From contig MFHE01000010.1 of NCBI GenBank assembly GCA_001778495.1, forward strand, positions 55,292 to 119,291: 64,000 nucleotides of DNA, given 5' to 3'. A program made the position numbers and the translations under genes. Of this stretch, positions 1-9,506 are shown in pieces (the stretch's first letter is position 1; each line of letters starts with the position of its first letter). The DNA is from Candidatus Giovannonibacteria bacterium RIFCSPHIGHO2_01_FULL_45_24. Lineage in GTDB: Bacteria; Patescibacteriota; Minisyncoccia; UBA11713; 2-01-FULL-45-33. The notes beneath the pieces were generated by a model. The model saw only the letters and a list, made by a program, of their open reading frames with translations. It was not told the DNA's origin and searched no databases.

Positions 1-265
1 CATGCTCTCCTTCTTTTGGATTGGCGGCCAAAAAACTGCCTGGCCGAACAATAACGCCCTTGCCAATACTGATTTTGGAAGGGCAAATAAAATAAGAGCC
101 GGGGCGCAATTCCGCGGTCGCGTCAAAATGCCTGAACTTCTTCTTACAAAGCGCGCGCATTGTGGAATTAAAATGCAGTTTCCAATGAGTCCATGGAATA
201 TCAGGCCCGATCCTGTCGGCCGTCCGCCAGAATTTTATCCGATTAAAACATTCTTGAATCTTCAT
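1..265 (-). CDS. Hexapeptide-repeat (LbH) acetyltransferase, 5' part only (runs off the window)
   Basis: Not in the ORF track. Hand translation from ATG 265 gives MKIQECFNRIKFWRTADRIGPDIPWTHWKLHF...ELRPGSYFICPSKISIGKGVIVRPGSFL, an LbH-type pattern. Divergent from the gene at 322. Confidence 0.65.
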   Translation of the reverse strand, partial: MKIQECFNRIKFWRTADRIGPDIPWTHWKLHFNSTMRALCKKKFRHFDATAELRPGSYFICPSKISIGKGVIVRPGSFLAANPKEGEH

Positions 266-321
266 GGCATGTCATATATAATAACCACATTTAAAGCCCG
301 GTTGTTACATTAATTATAATC

Positions 322-1833
322 ATGAAAATTTGCTTTCTGGCCCAGCGGCGCTTTGCTTATATCGCGCATTGTTTGGCAATTACGCTTAAAGAAAAATACG
401 GCATAACCGAATTTTGCGGGTATACTTCGCTTAGGACGAGCCATGATTTTTTGACGAACCAAAAAGAGATTAAATACAGCGCATTAATCTTTGACGAGGA
501 AATCCATGAGCGGTACAAAACAGAGCTGTTGGATTTGGCGTATTTAAATTGGCTGGAGCGCGCCTACGGGATTCCAAATCTCTGGCCGTACATAGCCATT
601 GATAGGGTCGTAATGTTTAACCAGCTGGTGCGCGAGTATCCATACGCCGCTCCACCCTATACTCACGAAGAAATGATGCGCATCCTTCAAGTGAGGGCCA
701 AAGCGATTATTGAATTTTTGGACAAAGAAAAGCCCGATGCTTTGGTGTTTTCGGTGCTCGGCGGCATGGGAGGATATCTTTTGCACGAGATAGCCGCGAA
801 AAAAGGAATCCAGCCGATAGCGATTTTGCCCGGATACACAAAAAATAAAACCATAATCAGCAAAAGATACGACCGCTTTACGGAGGTGGAGGAGATAGCA
901 AAACAAATTATAGCGGCCGGAGATGTGGCAAGGCGATGCCAAAAAGCATCTGATTTTCTGCGCAATTTCAGGAACGCGCCGCATCCCTACTATGACGGAG
1001 TGGACATTAAAAAGCTGGCCGTGAAGAGAGCAAGTCACTTTAATTTTTTAAAACCAAAAAATTTTGTAAGATTCATCAAGGTTTACTCAAAAGAGCTTTA
1101 TGACTACACCGCTAAAATGGATAGAAACGACTATACCTATATTAATCCCTTGTATTCTCTTTATGACCGGCTAAAGCGCAAAATAAGAAATCTCATCGGC
1201 GTGGAAGACCTATACGACGCTTTTAATCCGGACGTGGATTTCGCCTATTACACCCTGCAGATGGAGCCGGAAATTTCCACGCTCCTCCACGCGCCTTTCC
1301 ACGCCAACCAGCTGGTATTGGTCCGGCAAATCGCGCGCTCTTTGCCAGTGCATTTCACGCTTTACGTAAAAGAGCACCCGCAAATGGTGCCTTTCCGGCC
1401 GCGTTCCTATTATAAAGAGCTTAAAAAAATTCCGAATGTTAAATTGCTTGCTCCGTCAATCACAAGTTTTGAGATATTACCGAAAGCAAAGCTGGTGCTA
1501 ACCATCACGAGCACTGCCGGCTGGGAAGCGCTTTTTCTGGGAAAACCGGTCATCACCTTCGGCGACCAATTTTACAACGCCATATCAATGGTAAAAAAAT
1601 GCGAGCAGATAGACCTGTTGCCGTATATCGTAGAAGACCAGCTCCGGCGGTTTAACTTTGATGAAAAAGAGCTTTTGGCGTACATCCAAGGAATGTTGGA
1701 AGACGCCGCTCCGCTGGATCTGTCATATATCTGGGAACATGAAGCGGATTTGGAGAAAAAGCGGGCCGTACTGGAGCCGCTGGCCGATCTCTTGGCAAAA
1801 AAAATCAAGCTGTATGCTGAAAAAAATATATAG
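322..1833 (+). CDS. Capsule polysaccharide biosynthesis-like (KpsS/LipB-related GT-B) protein
   Basis: Motifs LQMEPE, YVKEHP and TITSTAGWEALFLGKPVITFG. Confidence 0.7.
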   Translation: MKICFLAQRRFAYIAHCLAITLKEKYGITEFCGYTSLRTSHDFLTNQKEIKYSALIFDEEIHERYKTELLDLAYLNWLERAYGIPNLWPYIAIDRVVMFNQLVREYPYAAPPYTHEEMMRILQVRAKAIIEFLDKEKPDALVFSVLGGMGGYLLHEIAAKKGIQPIAILPGYTKNKTIISKRYDRFTEVEEIAKQIIAAGDVARRCQKASDFLRNFRNAPHPYYDGVDIKKLAVKRASHFNFLKPKNFVRFIKVYSKELYDYTAKMDRNDYTYINPLYSLYDRLKRKIRNLIGVEDLYDAFNPDVDFAYYTLQMEPEISTLLHAPFHANQLVLVRQIARSLPVHFTLYVKEHPQMVPFRPRSYYKELKKIPNVKLLAPSITSFEILPKAKLVLTITSTAGWEALFLGKPVITFGDQFYNAISMVKKCEQIDLLPYIVEDQLRRFNFDEKELLAYIQGMLEDAAPLDLSYIWEHEADLEKKRAVLEPLADLLAKKIKLYAEKNI

Positions 1834-2650
1834 AGCGCTGTTTTTGCATAAGTTGTTTGACGCTCTGGTTAATGTTTACACTTTTTTTGCCGGATACCAT
1901 TTCCCGAAAAATTATATCAGGCGCTGGAAGTTGGATATGCTCTGCGACCTCTATGAGCAGGAAACAATTTCTCTTTTTAAAAAAATCGTAAAGCCCGGCA
2001 TAGCGGTGGCTGATATCGGAGCTCACATCGGCTATTACACCAGGGTTGCTTCAGGATTGGTTGGAAGCGGCGGAGCGGTTTACGCTTTTGAGCCAGACCC
2101 GGAAAATTTTAAGCTGCTCCAAAAAAATATCGGGCGTATGAAAAACGTAAAACCATACCAGCTTGCCGTATCCGACAAAACCGGCCGGATTGATTTTTAC
2201 CATTACGACGCGCGGAGCGGGGTTCACAGCACACTGCCCAACGTCCCGCTGGATTTTCAAAAAAAGAAAATAAGCGTTGAGGCCACCGACCTTGATTCGT
2301 TTTTTGCTAAATTAGGCGTTTCAAAAATTGACATCATAAAGATGGACATAGAGGGCGGGGAATACGCGGCCCTTCAGGGAATGAAAAAAATACTTTCAGA
2401 AAACAGGAATCTGGTGTTAATCGTTGAATTCGCTCCCGCTTGGGTTCTAGCAGCCGGAAATACTCCGTTAAAATTTTTAAATTTCATAGAATCTTTCGGG
2501 TTTGAAATTTTCGCCATCACAAAACAGGGCTTGTCAAAATTAAGCCCGGCGGCGAACGACGCCGATTACGCGAAATTCATACCCAAATCCGCCAGCGGCA
2601 CCAATTTCGGCGAATTCGTGAATTTATACTGCGTCAAATCAGAGATTTGA
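1814..2650 (+). CDS. FkbM-family SAM methyltransferase
   Basis: DIGAHIGYY, AFEPDP and KMDIEGGE motifs. Start moved to ATG 1814 (MLKKIY). Confidence 0.88.
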   Translation: MLKKIYRALFLHKLFDALVNVYTFFAGYHFPKNYIRRWKLDMLCDLYEQETISLFKKIVKPGIAVADIGAHIGYYTRVASGLVGSGGAVYAFEPDPENFKLLQKNIGRMKNVKPYQLAVSDKTGRIDFYHYDARSGVHSTLPNVPLDFQKKKISVEATDLDSFFAKLGVSKIDIIKMDIEGGEYAALQGMKKILSENRNLVLIVEFAPAWVLAAGNTPLKFLNFIESFGFEIFAITKQGLSKLSPAANDADYAKFIPKSASGTNFGEFVNLYCVKSEI

Positions 2651-3818
2651 GCTTTTCATTCCAAATCGGGATTTGTTTTTGGTAATTCATTGAATCTTCG
2701 CGGATGCGCTTGTAGCAATTTCTGGAAAGCTCGGCGCGGAGGTCGTAGTCGCCAGCCAGTTTTTCTATGGCGCGCGCCAAATCATCGTGAGCGCCGTTTT
2801 TGACGTAGATAGCTGTATCTTTCGCCTGCCACTCAAGCCCTCCGCCGCCGGGCAAAATGGACGGCACTCCGAAAGCCATCGCATAGAGCTGGGAGATAGA
2901 AGTACCTTCCGGCTTCCAGCCCACTTGTATGTAAATATCCGCCTCCTTGTTGTATTGAAGCAGGCGCGGCCACGAAACCCATCCCGGAAACTCCACGTAT
3001 TTTTCTATCCTCAAATCTTTCGCAATTTTTTTGAGCGTCTCCGCTTCCGGCCCGGTGCCGGTCAAAACCATTTTAAAATTTTCTTTGTTTCTGACTCTGG
3101 CGAACCCGTGAAGCAGCAAATCAAACCCCTTTCCGCGGATCATCCGGCTTGAGTAAAAAAGAAGAAAGGGCCCAGCGCGCTTGTTGCGGTTAAGATAAGT
3201 ATCTTCCGAAATTCCGTTTTCCAGCATTATTTTTCCGAAATCAATCAAATCTCCTATCACAAAAGTGTTCGGGTCCTTTCGCAACCCAAAATCCTCGTAT
3301 ACCGTTTTGAGATTCGGGCTCACGAAAGCAAAAACATCAATGCGGTTGGCGAGCGGCATGCCGATGTATTTTTCAATCAGCCAGCGTATTTTCTTTTTTG
3401 CGCGGACAAAAATGTTTTCTTTCGGCTGCAGGGCCATGCTTATCGCTGTGTCGTCCCAGCACATCAGGTAATAATTAAAATACGCCGCCACCGGAATTCT
3501 CCCGCCCAGAAGCTTATAAAGCCCGGCGCCGTATAAAAAAATATGGCCGTCAATGTGGAAAATGTCGGCCATTTTTTCGTACTTCTTTAAAATTTTATAA
3601 AGCTGCCAGGCAATGCCAAAAAGGCGCTTTGAAGTGATTTGCTCCTCTATGACTTCGTACGGGCGTTTTTCCAAAATGACATTACTGGCGGAAAAAGCGG
3701 TTATTGTTTTGACGTCGTTGCCCAGATTCTGCAGGGTCTGCATAAGCAAATCCAGCTCCTCAATTGAGCCGCCGGCGGTTTTGAAATTCAGCTTGGAAGT
3801 TATAAATAAAATTCGCAT
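2634..3818 (-). CDS. Glycosyltransferase family 4
   Basis: SRMIRGKGFD, GTGPE and EGTSISQLYAMAFGVP motifs. Confidence 0.85.
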   Translation of the reverse strand: MRILFITSKLNFKTAGGSIEELDLLMQTLQNLGNDVKTITAFSASNVILEKRPYEVIEEQITSKRLFGIAWQLYKILKKYEKMADIFHIDGHIFLYGAGLYKLLGGRIPVAAYFNYYLMCWDDTAISMALQPKENIFVRAKKKIRWLIEKYIGMPLANRIDVFAFVSPNLKTVYEDFGLRKDPNTFVIGDLIDFGKIMLENGISEDTYLNRNKRAGPFLLFYSSRMIRGKGFDLLLHGFARVRNKENFKMVLTGTGPEAETLKKIAKDLRIEKYVEFPGWVSWPRLLQYNKEADIYIQVGWKPEGTSISQLYAMAFGVPSILPGGGGLEWQAKDTAIYVKNGAHDDLARAIEKLAGDYDLRAELSRNCYKRIREDSMNYQKQIPIWNEKLKSLI

Positions 3819-3850
3819 GTTGCACGTTTCGTGTTTTATGCTTCATGCTT
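3816..3850. repeat. Degenerate 7-bp tandem array
   Basis: CATGTTG CACGTTT CGTGTTT TATGCTT CATGCTT, filling the gap between two genes. Confidence 0.65.
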
Positions 3851-4433
3851 TGCGACCATTTGGATACCCGAGCTTGGCGGCGTATTCCAGCATTGTTTCT
3901 TTGGGCCTTTTTTTAACCGGCCTAGCGGGGCTCCCGGCGTAAATCGTCCATGGCTCCGTATCCTTGGTGACAACCGCGCCAGCGCCGACAACCGAACCCT
4001 CGCGCAATGTCACTCCCGGCAAAATAATCGCCCCAGCGCCGACATTGGCGAAATTTTCAAAAACAACGGGCGCGATTTTAAATCTCCGGAATTCTTCGGG
4101 AATCCCCTGCGCCCCGATTAGCCCGTCGCCTAAAAAAGTGTCGGATACGCAAATAATTCTTCCGCCAACCGCGATATTGGTAAAATTGCCCATTTTCAAA
4201 AGTCCCGGTTTGCCGCCGATTACCGCGACATAAGGGCCGATATGTATATAATCTCCCAACTCGGCTTGGGTGGTAAGGTAAAATCCAGAATCAATGTCAA
4301 CATTGCTGCCCAAAGACACCAGCTGCGGCCTTCTGATTTCCACACTCGCGCTTATAAAAACATTCTTGCCAACCGATTTGAGCAAGGATTTATCGTATTG
4401 CGGAGAATTTAATTGATTGGAATTTTTATTCAT
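3843..4433 (-). CDS. Hexapeptide-repeat sugar acetyltransferase
   Basis: VGAGAIILPGVTLREGSVVGAGAVVTKD...YAGSPAR. Confidence 0.88.
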   Translation of the reverse strand: MNKNSNQLNSPQYDKSLLKSVGKNVFISASVEIRRPQLVSLGSNVDIDSGFYLTTQAELGDYIHIGPYVAVIGGKPGLLKMGNFTNIAVGGRIICVSDTFLGDGLIGAQGIPEEFRRFKIAPVVFENFANVGAGAIILPGVTLREGSVVGAGAVVTKDTEPWTIYAGSPARPVKKRPKETMLEYAAKLGYPNGRKA

Positions 4434-4440
4434 ACGCTTA

Positions 4441-5253
4441 TTATATCAATTTTAATAAATAATGATTGGTCTCGTGAAGTTTAAAGCCAACCTTTTGATA
4501 AAGAGCGTTTGCTGCAATCCTTTTGGGATTGGTTGTTAACTCAACCACCTCTACTCCGTTAGATTTTGCCCACCTTAAAAGATCAAGCAAAATTTTTTCG
4601 CCTAATCCTTTGCCGCGATACCTGTCGTCAACAATCATATCTTCAATTACAGCTTGACGCCGCAACATGGTTTGCCGAGGAAAAATCCAGCCCATGCCGA
4701 TAAATTCGCCGCCTTCTTCAACCGTGCTCACATAGCCATCAAGTATCGCCTTATAGAGCGACTGCTCATTCAATACGGCGGTTGAATCAAGCTGGGAAAC
4801 AAGCTCTCGCGCCTTGTTTAAATCATAAGTAAATTTATTTTTTATAAATTCCAGTATTTTTTGGTTTGAATCAAAAGCAATGTCTATTTCGTCTGGACGA
4901 AGCCAAGCGTATTCCGAATTTTCCTCGTTGAGTTTTATTTCTCCTTTCAATTCAACAAAATAGGCGAAGCACAAAGTCGGATATTCGTACTTTTTATAAA
5001 AACCAACCCCAGTGAAAACCCCGATGTAAAAAAGGGATTCAGCATCAATATTTAATTCTTCTTTAATCTCGCGCCTTAAAGCTTCTTCGGGAGTTTCGTT
5101 CTTCTCAATGTACCCACCCATAAAATCCCACTTATTTTGAAAGGGAGGAATATTTCGCTTCAGCACCAAAAGCCGGCCATTTTTTATGAAAATAGCGGTA
5201 GCGGTGGGTTTTGGGTTCTCAAAAGCGCAAAGCTCGCAGCCAGTGTTTTTCAT
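4441..5253 (-). CDS. NUDIX hydrolase - GNAT acetyltransferase fusion
   Basis: Nudix box GGYIEKNETPEEALRREIKEELNI; C-terminal IEDMIVDDRYRGKGLG...ANALYQKVGF. Confidence 0.85.
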   Translation of the reverse strand: MKNTGCELCAFENPKPTATAIFIKNGRLLVLKRNIPPFQNKWDFMGGYIEKNETPEEALRREIKEELNIDAESLFYIGVFTGVGFYKKYEYPTLCFAYFVELKGEIKLNEENSEYAWLRPDEIDIAFDSNQKILEFIKNKFTYDLNKARELVSQLDSTAVLNEQSLYKAILDGYVSTVEEGGEFIGMGWIFPRQTMLRRQAVIEDMIVDDRYRGKGLGEKILLDLLRWAKSNGVEVVELTTNPKRIAANALYQKVGFKLHETNHYLLKLI

Positions 5254-5263
5254 ATATTAAAAA

Positions 5264-5284
5264 CCCGCCAGCAGGGCTGGCGGT
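5264..5284. repeat. Short GC-rich palindrome CCGCCAGC-AGG-GCTGGCGG
   Basis: Perfect 8-bp inverted repeat, related to the element inside gyrB. Confidence 0.6.
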
Positions 5285-5298
5285 TGCGTCCATGTATA

Positions 5299-5490
5299 TT
5301 ATCGCAGATGGCGGATGACTTGCCATGCCAAATCAATATTCGCCGCGCTGATGACCGGGAGCGCTTCTTTCTGTCCCCACTCCAGAAATTTTTTTGTTCC
5401 GATGTCGTTTCCGTCAATATCCACCATTACGCCACCGGCCTCTTTGATAATGCCGTAGGCCACGCCGATTTCTAGATTTCCTTCTGTAAA
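5299..5490 (-). pseudogene. C-terminal remnant of an inositol-monophosphatase-superfamily protein
   Basis: Hand translation GNLEIGVAYGIIKEAGGVMVDIDG...VISAANIDLAWQVIRHLR*. There is an in-frame stop upstream at about 5512 and no start codon. Confidence 0.55.
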
Positions 5491-5525
5491 ACTACATTCT
5501 AACGTGATAGGTTATACTAATACTC

Positions 5526-6746
5526 ATGAAATGTCAAATCTGCGGGAATAAAAATCTGGAGTCGGTTCTGGATTTGGGGCATCAGCCGATTGTGCAGGCG
5601 TATCTTACAAAAAAGCAGCTCCACGAGCCGGAGGTGACTTATCCGCTGCATTTATGCCGCTGCGCGAAATGCGGCCTTTTGCAACTGGATTCAATAATTG
5701 CTCCGGAGCTTGTTTTCCCGAAAAACTACCCTTACCGCACCGGACTTACTAACATGCTTATCAGAAATTTCCGCGAGCTCGCTGGCTCTTTAGAAACAAA
5801 ATATAATCTTTCCAAAAATGACTTAATCATAGATATCGGTTCAAACGACGGAACGCTCCTTCAGAGTTTTAAAGAAAAGGGCATGCGCGTTTTGGGAGTT
5901 GAACCAACGGACGCCGCGAAAGCCGCGAACAAAAACGGCATTTCCACAATACAAGAATATTTCACAAAAAGCACAGCGAAGAAAATATTAAAAAAATACG
6001 GCAAGGCAAAAATCGTAACTGCAACCAACACTTTTGCGCATATCCCCAACCCAGTAGAACTTACGAAAAACATCAAAAGCGCGCTCGCGCCGGACGGAGT
6101 GTTTGTTTCCGAATCTCAATATCTCATGGACATAGTAGAAAAGTTTGAGTTTGACACAATTTACCACGAGCACCTGCGTTTTTATTCTCTCAAGCCCTTA
6201 ATCAAGCTTTTTGCCCTTGCCGGGATGAGCTTGATTGACGCGGAGCGCATATCGTCCTCTGGCGGCTCAATCAGAATTTTTGCAAAACCCGGTCGGCATA
6301 AAATGAGCGCGGGCGCAAGAAATCTCATGGCCGCTGAGGAGAGGGCGGGGCTTTACAACAAAGCAAAACTCCACAAATTTGCGCAAAAAGCAATAATCGC
6401 GAAAAATAATCTGCTGAAACTTTTGATTGAATTAAAACAAAAAGGCGCGAAAATAGCGGGGATAACAAGCTCCGCGCGCTCCAATACTCTTCTGGGCTTT
6501 ACAAAAATAGACAGCCAGATTCTTGACTACTCCGTGGAAAAAGCCGGGTCGCCGAAAATCGGGCTTTTCACCCCCGGAACGCATATCCCCGTGCTTGAGG
6601 AGGATAAATTATTCAAGGACCAGCCGGACTACGCCTTAGTGCTTTCCTGGCATATCGGAGAAGAGCTTATGAAAATACTTCGCAAAAACGGATATAAGGG
6701 CAAATTTATAATGCCGCTTCCAAAAGCAAGAATTTATGGAAAATAA
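5526..6746 (+). CDS. NDP-hexose C-methyltransferase (C3-methyltransferase type)
   Basis: CxxC...CxxC zinc site, DIGSNDG, FDTIYHEH, GLFTPGTHIP and PDYALVLSWH. Confidence 0.88.
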   Translation: MKCQICGNKNLESVLDLGHQPIVQAYLTKKQLHEPEVTYPLHLCRCAKCGLLQLDSIIAPELVFPKNYPYRTGLTNMLIRNFRELAGSLETKYNLSKNDLIIDIGSNDGTLLQSFKEKGMRVLGVEPTDAAKAANKNGISTIQEYFTKSTAKKILKKYGKAKIVTATNTFAHIPNPVELTKNIKSALAPDGVFVSESQYLMDIVEKFEFDTIYHEHLRFYSLKPLIKLFALAGMSLIDAERISSSGGSIRIFAKPGRHKMSAGARNLMAAEERAGLYNKAKLHKFAQKAIIAKNNLLKLLIELKQKGAKIAGITSSARSNTLLGFTKIDSQILDYSVEKAGSPKIGLFTPGTHIPVLEEDKLFKDQPDYALVLSWHIGEELMKILRKNGYKGKFIMPLPKARIYGK

Positions 6747-7827
6747 AAAAATCCCCTGGTGGCAGCCGCAGGTTGAGAAAGAAGATTATGAATTTATCAA
6801 GCGAGCGCTTGACGCCAATTTTGTAAACGAAGGCCCGCTTACGGAAGAATTTGAAAAAAAAATCGCTTATTTTGTCGGGGCAAAACATGCCGTAGCGACT
6901 ACTAGCTGCACGGCCGCGATTTTTTTGTCTTTAAAAGCCGTAGGAGTCGGGCAGGGAGATGAAGTCATCGTGCCGGACGCGACTTTTATAGCGACAGTCA
7001 ATGCAGTTGAGCTTGCAGGCGCGAAACCCGTATTAGTAGATATTGACCCTGAAACACTGGCAATAAGCGTTGAGGCAATAAAAAAAGCAATAACGCCAAA
7101 AACCAAAGCGATAATCCCGGTGCATGTCACCGGAAGAGGTGCCAATATGGAGGCGATTTTAGACATTGCCAAAAAAAATAATATTTTCGTGATAGAAGAC
7201 GCCGCCGAAGCGCTTGGCTCAAAGCACAAAGGAAAATTTCTGGGAACTTTGGGGAGTGCGGGTTGTTTTTCTTTCGCCGCGAATAAAACCCTGGCAACCG
7301 GGCAGGGCGGGATGATTGTGACCGATAGCGACGAGGTTTTTAAAAAATTGCGCCCGTTAAAAGACCATGGCAGGCCAGTCCACGGAACGGGAGGAGACGA
7401 TACGCACGATACTATCGGCTACAATTTCCGCATGACCGATTTGCAGGCCGCCGTAGGGCTTGGGCAATTCGCGCATTTAAAAGAGCGACTCCAGAGAATG
7501 AAAAAAAATTACCAGCTTTACGCCGAAAATTTAAAAGACATTAAAGAGATAAAAATTTTCCACTCCCGAAGCGAGGAGATGCCCCAATGGACGGACGTCG
7601 CAACGGACAAACGGGACGAGCTTGAAAAATATCTTCGCGGAAAAAATATTGATTGCCGAAAATACTGGCATCCTATCCACCGCCAGCTCCCCTACAAGCT
7701 CCCTGATGAAAACTTTCCGGTGAGCTCCGCGCTCCTGCCGAAATCCCTCTGGCTTCCATCCGCTTTCACGCTGACGGATGAAGATGTTTTGCGAGTTTGC
7801 GACGAGATAAAAAAGTTTTTTTGGTAA
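6736..7827 (+). CDS. DegT/DnrJ/EryC1/StrS sugar aminotransferase (perosamine synthase-like)
   Basis: IEDAAEALG, SFAANKTLATGQGG and GYNFRMTD motifs. Confidence 0.92.
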   Translation: MENKKIPWWQPQVEKEDYEFIKRALDANFVNEGPLTEEFEKKIAYFVGAKHAVATTSCTAAIFLSLKAVGVGQGDEVIVPDATFIATVNAVELAGAKPVLVDIDPETLAISVEAIKKAITPKTKAIIPVHVTGRGANMEAILDIAKKNNIFVIEDAAEALGSKHKGKFLGTLGSAGCFSFAANKTLATGQGGMIVTDSDEVFKKLRPLKDHGRPVHGTGGDDTHDTIGYNFRMTDLQAAVGLGQFAHLKERLQRMKKNYQLYAENLKDIKEIKIFHSRSEEMPQWTDVATDKRDELEKYLRGKNIDCRKYWHPIHRQLPYKLPDENFPVSSALLPKSLWLPSAFTLTDEDVLRVCDEIKKFFW

Positions 7828-7837
7828 GTAAAACATT

Positions 7838-7858
7838 GGTCAACCTGCCAGGTTGACC
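7838..7858. repeat. Palindromic micro-element GGTCAACCTG-C-CAGGTTGACC (copy 1)
   Basis: Perfect 10-bp arms; second copy at 32181-32201. Confidence 0.85.
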
Positions 7859-7930
7859 CATTAGAACTCGCCAGCAAAATCATTTTGGATTTTCACGACG
7901 AGTTATTTGCGCCGTAAATTCAAAAATGAG

Positions 7931-7960
7931 AAATAAAAACGGGGAGCGTTGCTCCCTTTT
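7931..7960 (-). terminator. Rho-independent terminator of the cupin gene
   Basis: GGGAGC/GCTCCC stem followed by a T-rich tract on the minus strand. Confidence 0.6.
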
Positions 7961-7976
7961 CGGCGTATCTCGCCTT

Positions 7977-8393
7977 CTACTTGAAAAATATGTTCATCGA
8001 TTCGACGACGAGATCTTTCGGGTCAAATTCCGGAATCGTCGAGGCGATTTGCAGAATTGTATCAGTCTTAAAACGCAGTTCGTGTCTCACGCCTGGCGGG
8101 ATAAGCACCCAAACGCCTTTCTCAAATTCAAAGACGTCTGATTGCGGCCCATTATCTTCCCCCCACCTGCCAGGCTCGTAAAGCGCCATCGTTCCATTGC
8201 CCGAGAGCCCGAAGTAAAGCTCCCATTGCCGGGGATGATAGTGCCCCCCGATTCCGTGTCCGGCATTCCCCCAAAAAGCTGTCACTTTTGGAAATGAGAG
8301 CCCTTGCGGCAAACTTCCCTTAATCCAATCGTTGAGCTCCCTTCTATGATCTTTGTGATTCGGCGGCAGAACCTTTCTCTCCCATCTAGGCAT
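7977..8393 (-). CDS. Cupin-fold protein (sugar isomerase/epimerase-like)
   Basis: GGHYHPRQWELYF...IPPGVRHEL; SD-like AGAAAGGGG upstream. Confidence 0.75.
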   Translation of the reverse strand: MPRWERKVLPPNHKDHRRELNDWIKGSLPQGLSFPKVTAFWGNAGHGIGGHYHPRQWELYFGLSGNGTMALYEPGRWGEDNGPQSDVFEFEKGVWVLIPPGVRHELRFKTDTILQIASTIPEFDPKDLVVESMNIFFK

Positions 8394-8432
8394 TATTTTG
8401 TCCCCTTTCTTCTTTTTTCTATTCTAAAAAGA

Positions 8433-8462
8433 ATGCTAGCACGAGGAGATTAAATTTGTCAA
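8433..8462 (-). promoter_or_regulatory. Sigma70 promoter TTGACA-N18-(TGC)TAGCAT
   Basis: Consensus -35 plus extended -10 upstream of the cupin gene. Confidence 0.55.
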
Positions 8463-8468
8463 CGCGCC

Positions 8469-9470
8469 CTATTTCTTTTCCGGATTCACCAAATACCAGT
8501 CGTAGGTGCGCTTGAGACCCTCGTCCAAAGGTACTTCGGGTTTCCAGCCTGTCAGAAGTTGAAGTTTTGACACGTCCGCCAAGCGGCGTTTTACGCTTCC
8601 GGGAGGGGCTGTTTTGATGTCCAGCGTTTTCGGCTTCCAGCCGGTAATTTCAAACAGCTTCTCGGCAAGCCCGCGCATCGTGATTTCATGAAAATCGCCG
8701 ATATGCACAGTTTCAATCGGCTGGCCGTCGGTTTTCGGCGAATCCATCAACATCCGCATCGCACGCACAGCATCGGAGATGTAGCAGAAAGTCCTCGTCT
8801 CGTCCGCGCCGTAAATCGGAAACGGATCCACTTTGGCCGCGATTCTTTCTGAAAAATCTGGTATGACATGGCCGTGATACCCCGCGCGCGGGCCGTAAAA
8901 ATTATGCGGCCTCACGATAAGCGCCCGGAAGTTGTATGCTTTGGCGTAATGGATAACGAAGAGTTCCCCGACAAGCTTGGTGGAAGCGTACGACCAGCGC
9001 GCGTTGTAGGGGTCATCAATCACCAAAGGGACTTTCTCCGGCGTGGGAATCGGCAATTTACCGAAAGCGGAGAGAGCGCTGGCATAGGCCTCGTTGGACG
9101 AAGTAAAGCAAAATTTGCCCTTGGCACTATGCTTGCGGAACCACTCCAGCATGTAGATAAGCGAGAGCGCGTTGATGCGCAAAACCTCCTGCGGCATTTC
9201 GTAAAAAAGCTTCGTCCCGTTGATCGCGGCCAGATGATAAACGTGGTCGTAATCCGCGCCAATCCTGGCGTAAGAAGCAGGGTCAGTAAGGTCAAGGTTC
9301 AAAAATATTATCCGTTTATCTTCCAAAAGCTTTTTAAAATCATCGTCCATCCTGCCGCGCTGGAGATTGTCAACCAAAACAAGCTCAACATCGCCGTAAG
9401 TATCCAAAAGATGCCTAGACAAATGGCATCCAATAAACCCCGCTCCGCCTGTAATGAGAATTTTTTTCAT
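8469..9470 (-). CDS. NAD-dependent epimerase/dehydratase (extended SDR)
   Basis: TGGAGFIG, YASTK and RPHNFYGP motifs. Confidence 0.9.
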   Translation of the reverse strand: MKKILITGGAGFIGCHLSRHLLDTYGDVELVLVDNLQRGRMDDDFKKLLEDKRIIFLNLDLTDPASYARIGADYDHVYHLAAINGTKLFYEMPQEVLRINALSLIYMLEWFRKHSAKGKFCFTSSNEAYASALSAFGKLPIPTPEKVPLVIDDPYNARWSYASTKLVGELFVIHYAKAYNFRALIVRPHNFYGPRAGYHGHVIPDFSERIAAKVDPFPIYGADETRTFCYISDAVRAMRMLMDSPKTDGQPIETVHIGDFHEITMRGLAEKLFEITGWKPKTLDIKTAPPGSVKRRLADVSKLQLLTGWKPEVPLDEGLKRTYDWYLVNPEKK

Positions 9471-9506
9471 ATTTTTTCCTCCATTAGCAATATAACACTG
9501 GTTTTT

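Noticed and set aside
2-313. Plus-strand 103-aa ORF in the track
   Set aside because: It is the shadow of a minus-strand acetyltransferase starting at 265.
1658-1813. N-terminal extensions of several ORFs (also 16684-16746, 19633-19662, 49139-49234, 53944-53982, 62657-62761)
   Set aside because: They overlap upstream genes or promoters; downstream ATGs fit the family N-termini or SD sites better.
7860-7920. Short reading frame LELASKIILDFHDELFAP* after the palindrome
   Set aside because: It could be a gene remnant but is too short to assign.
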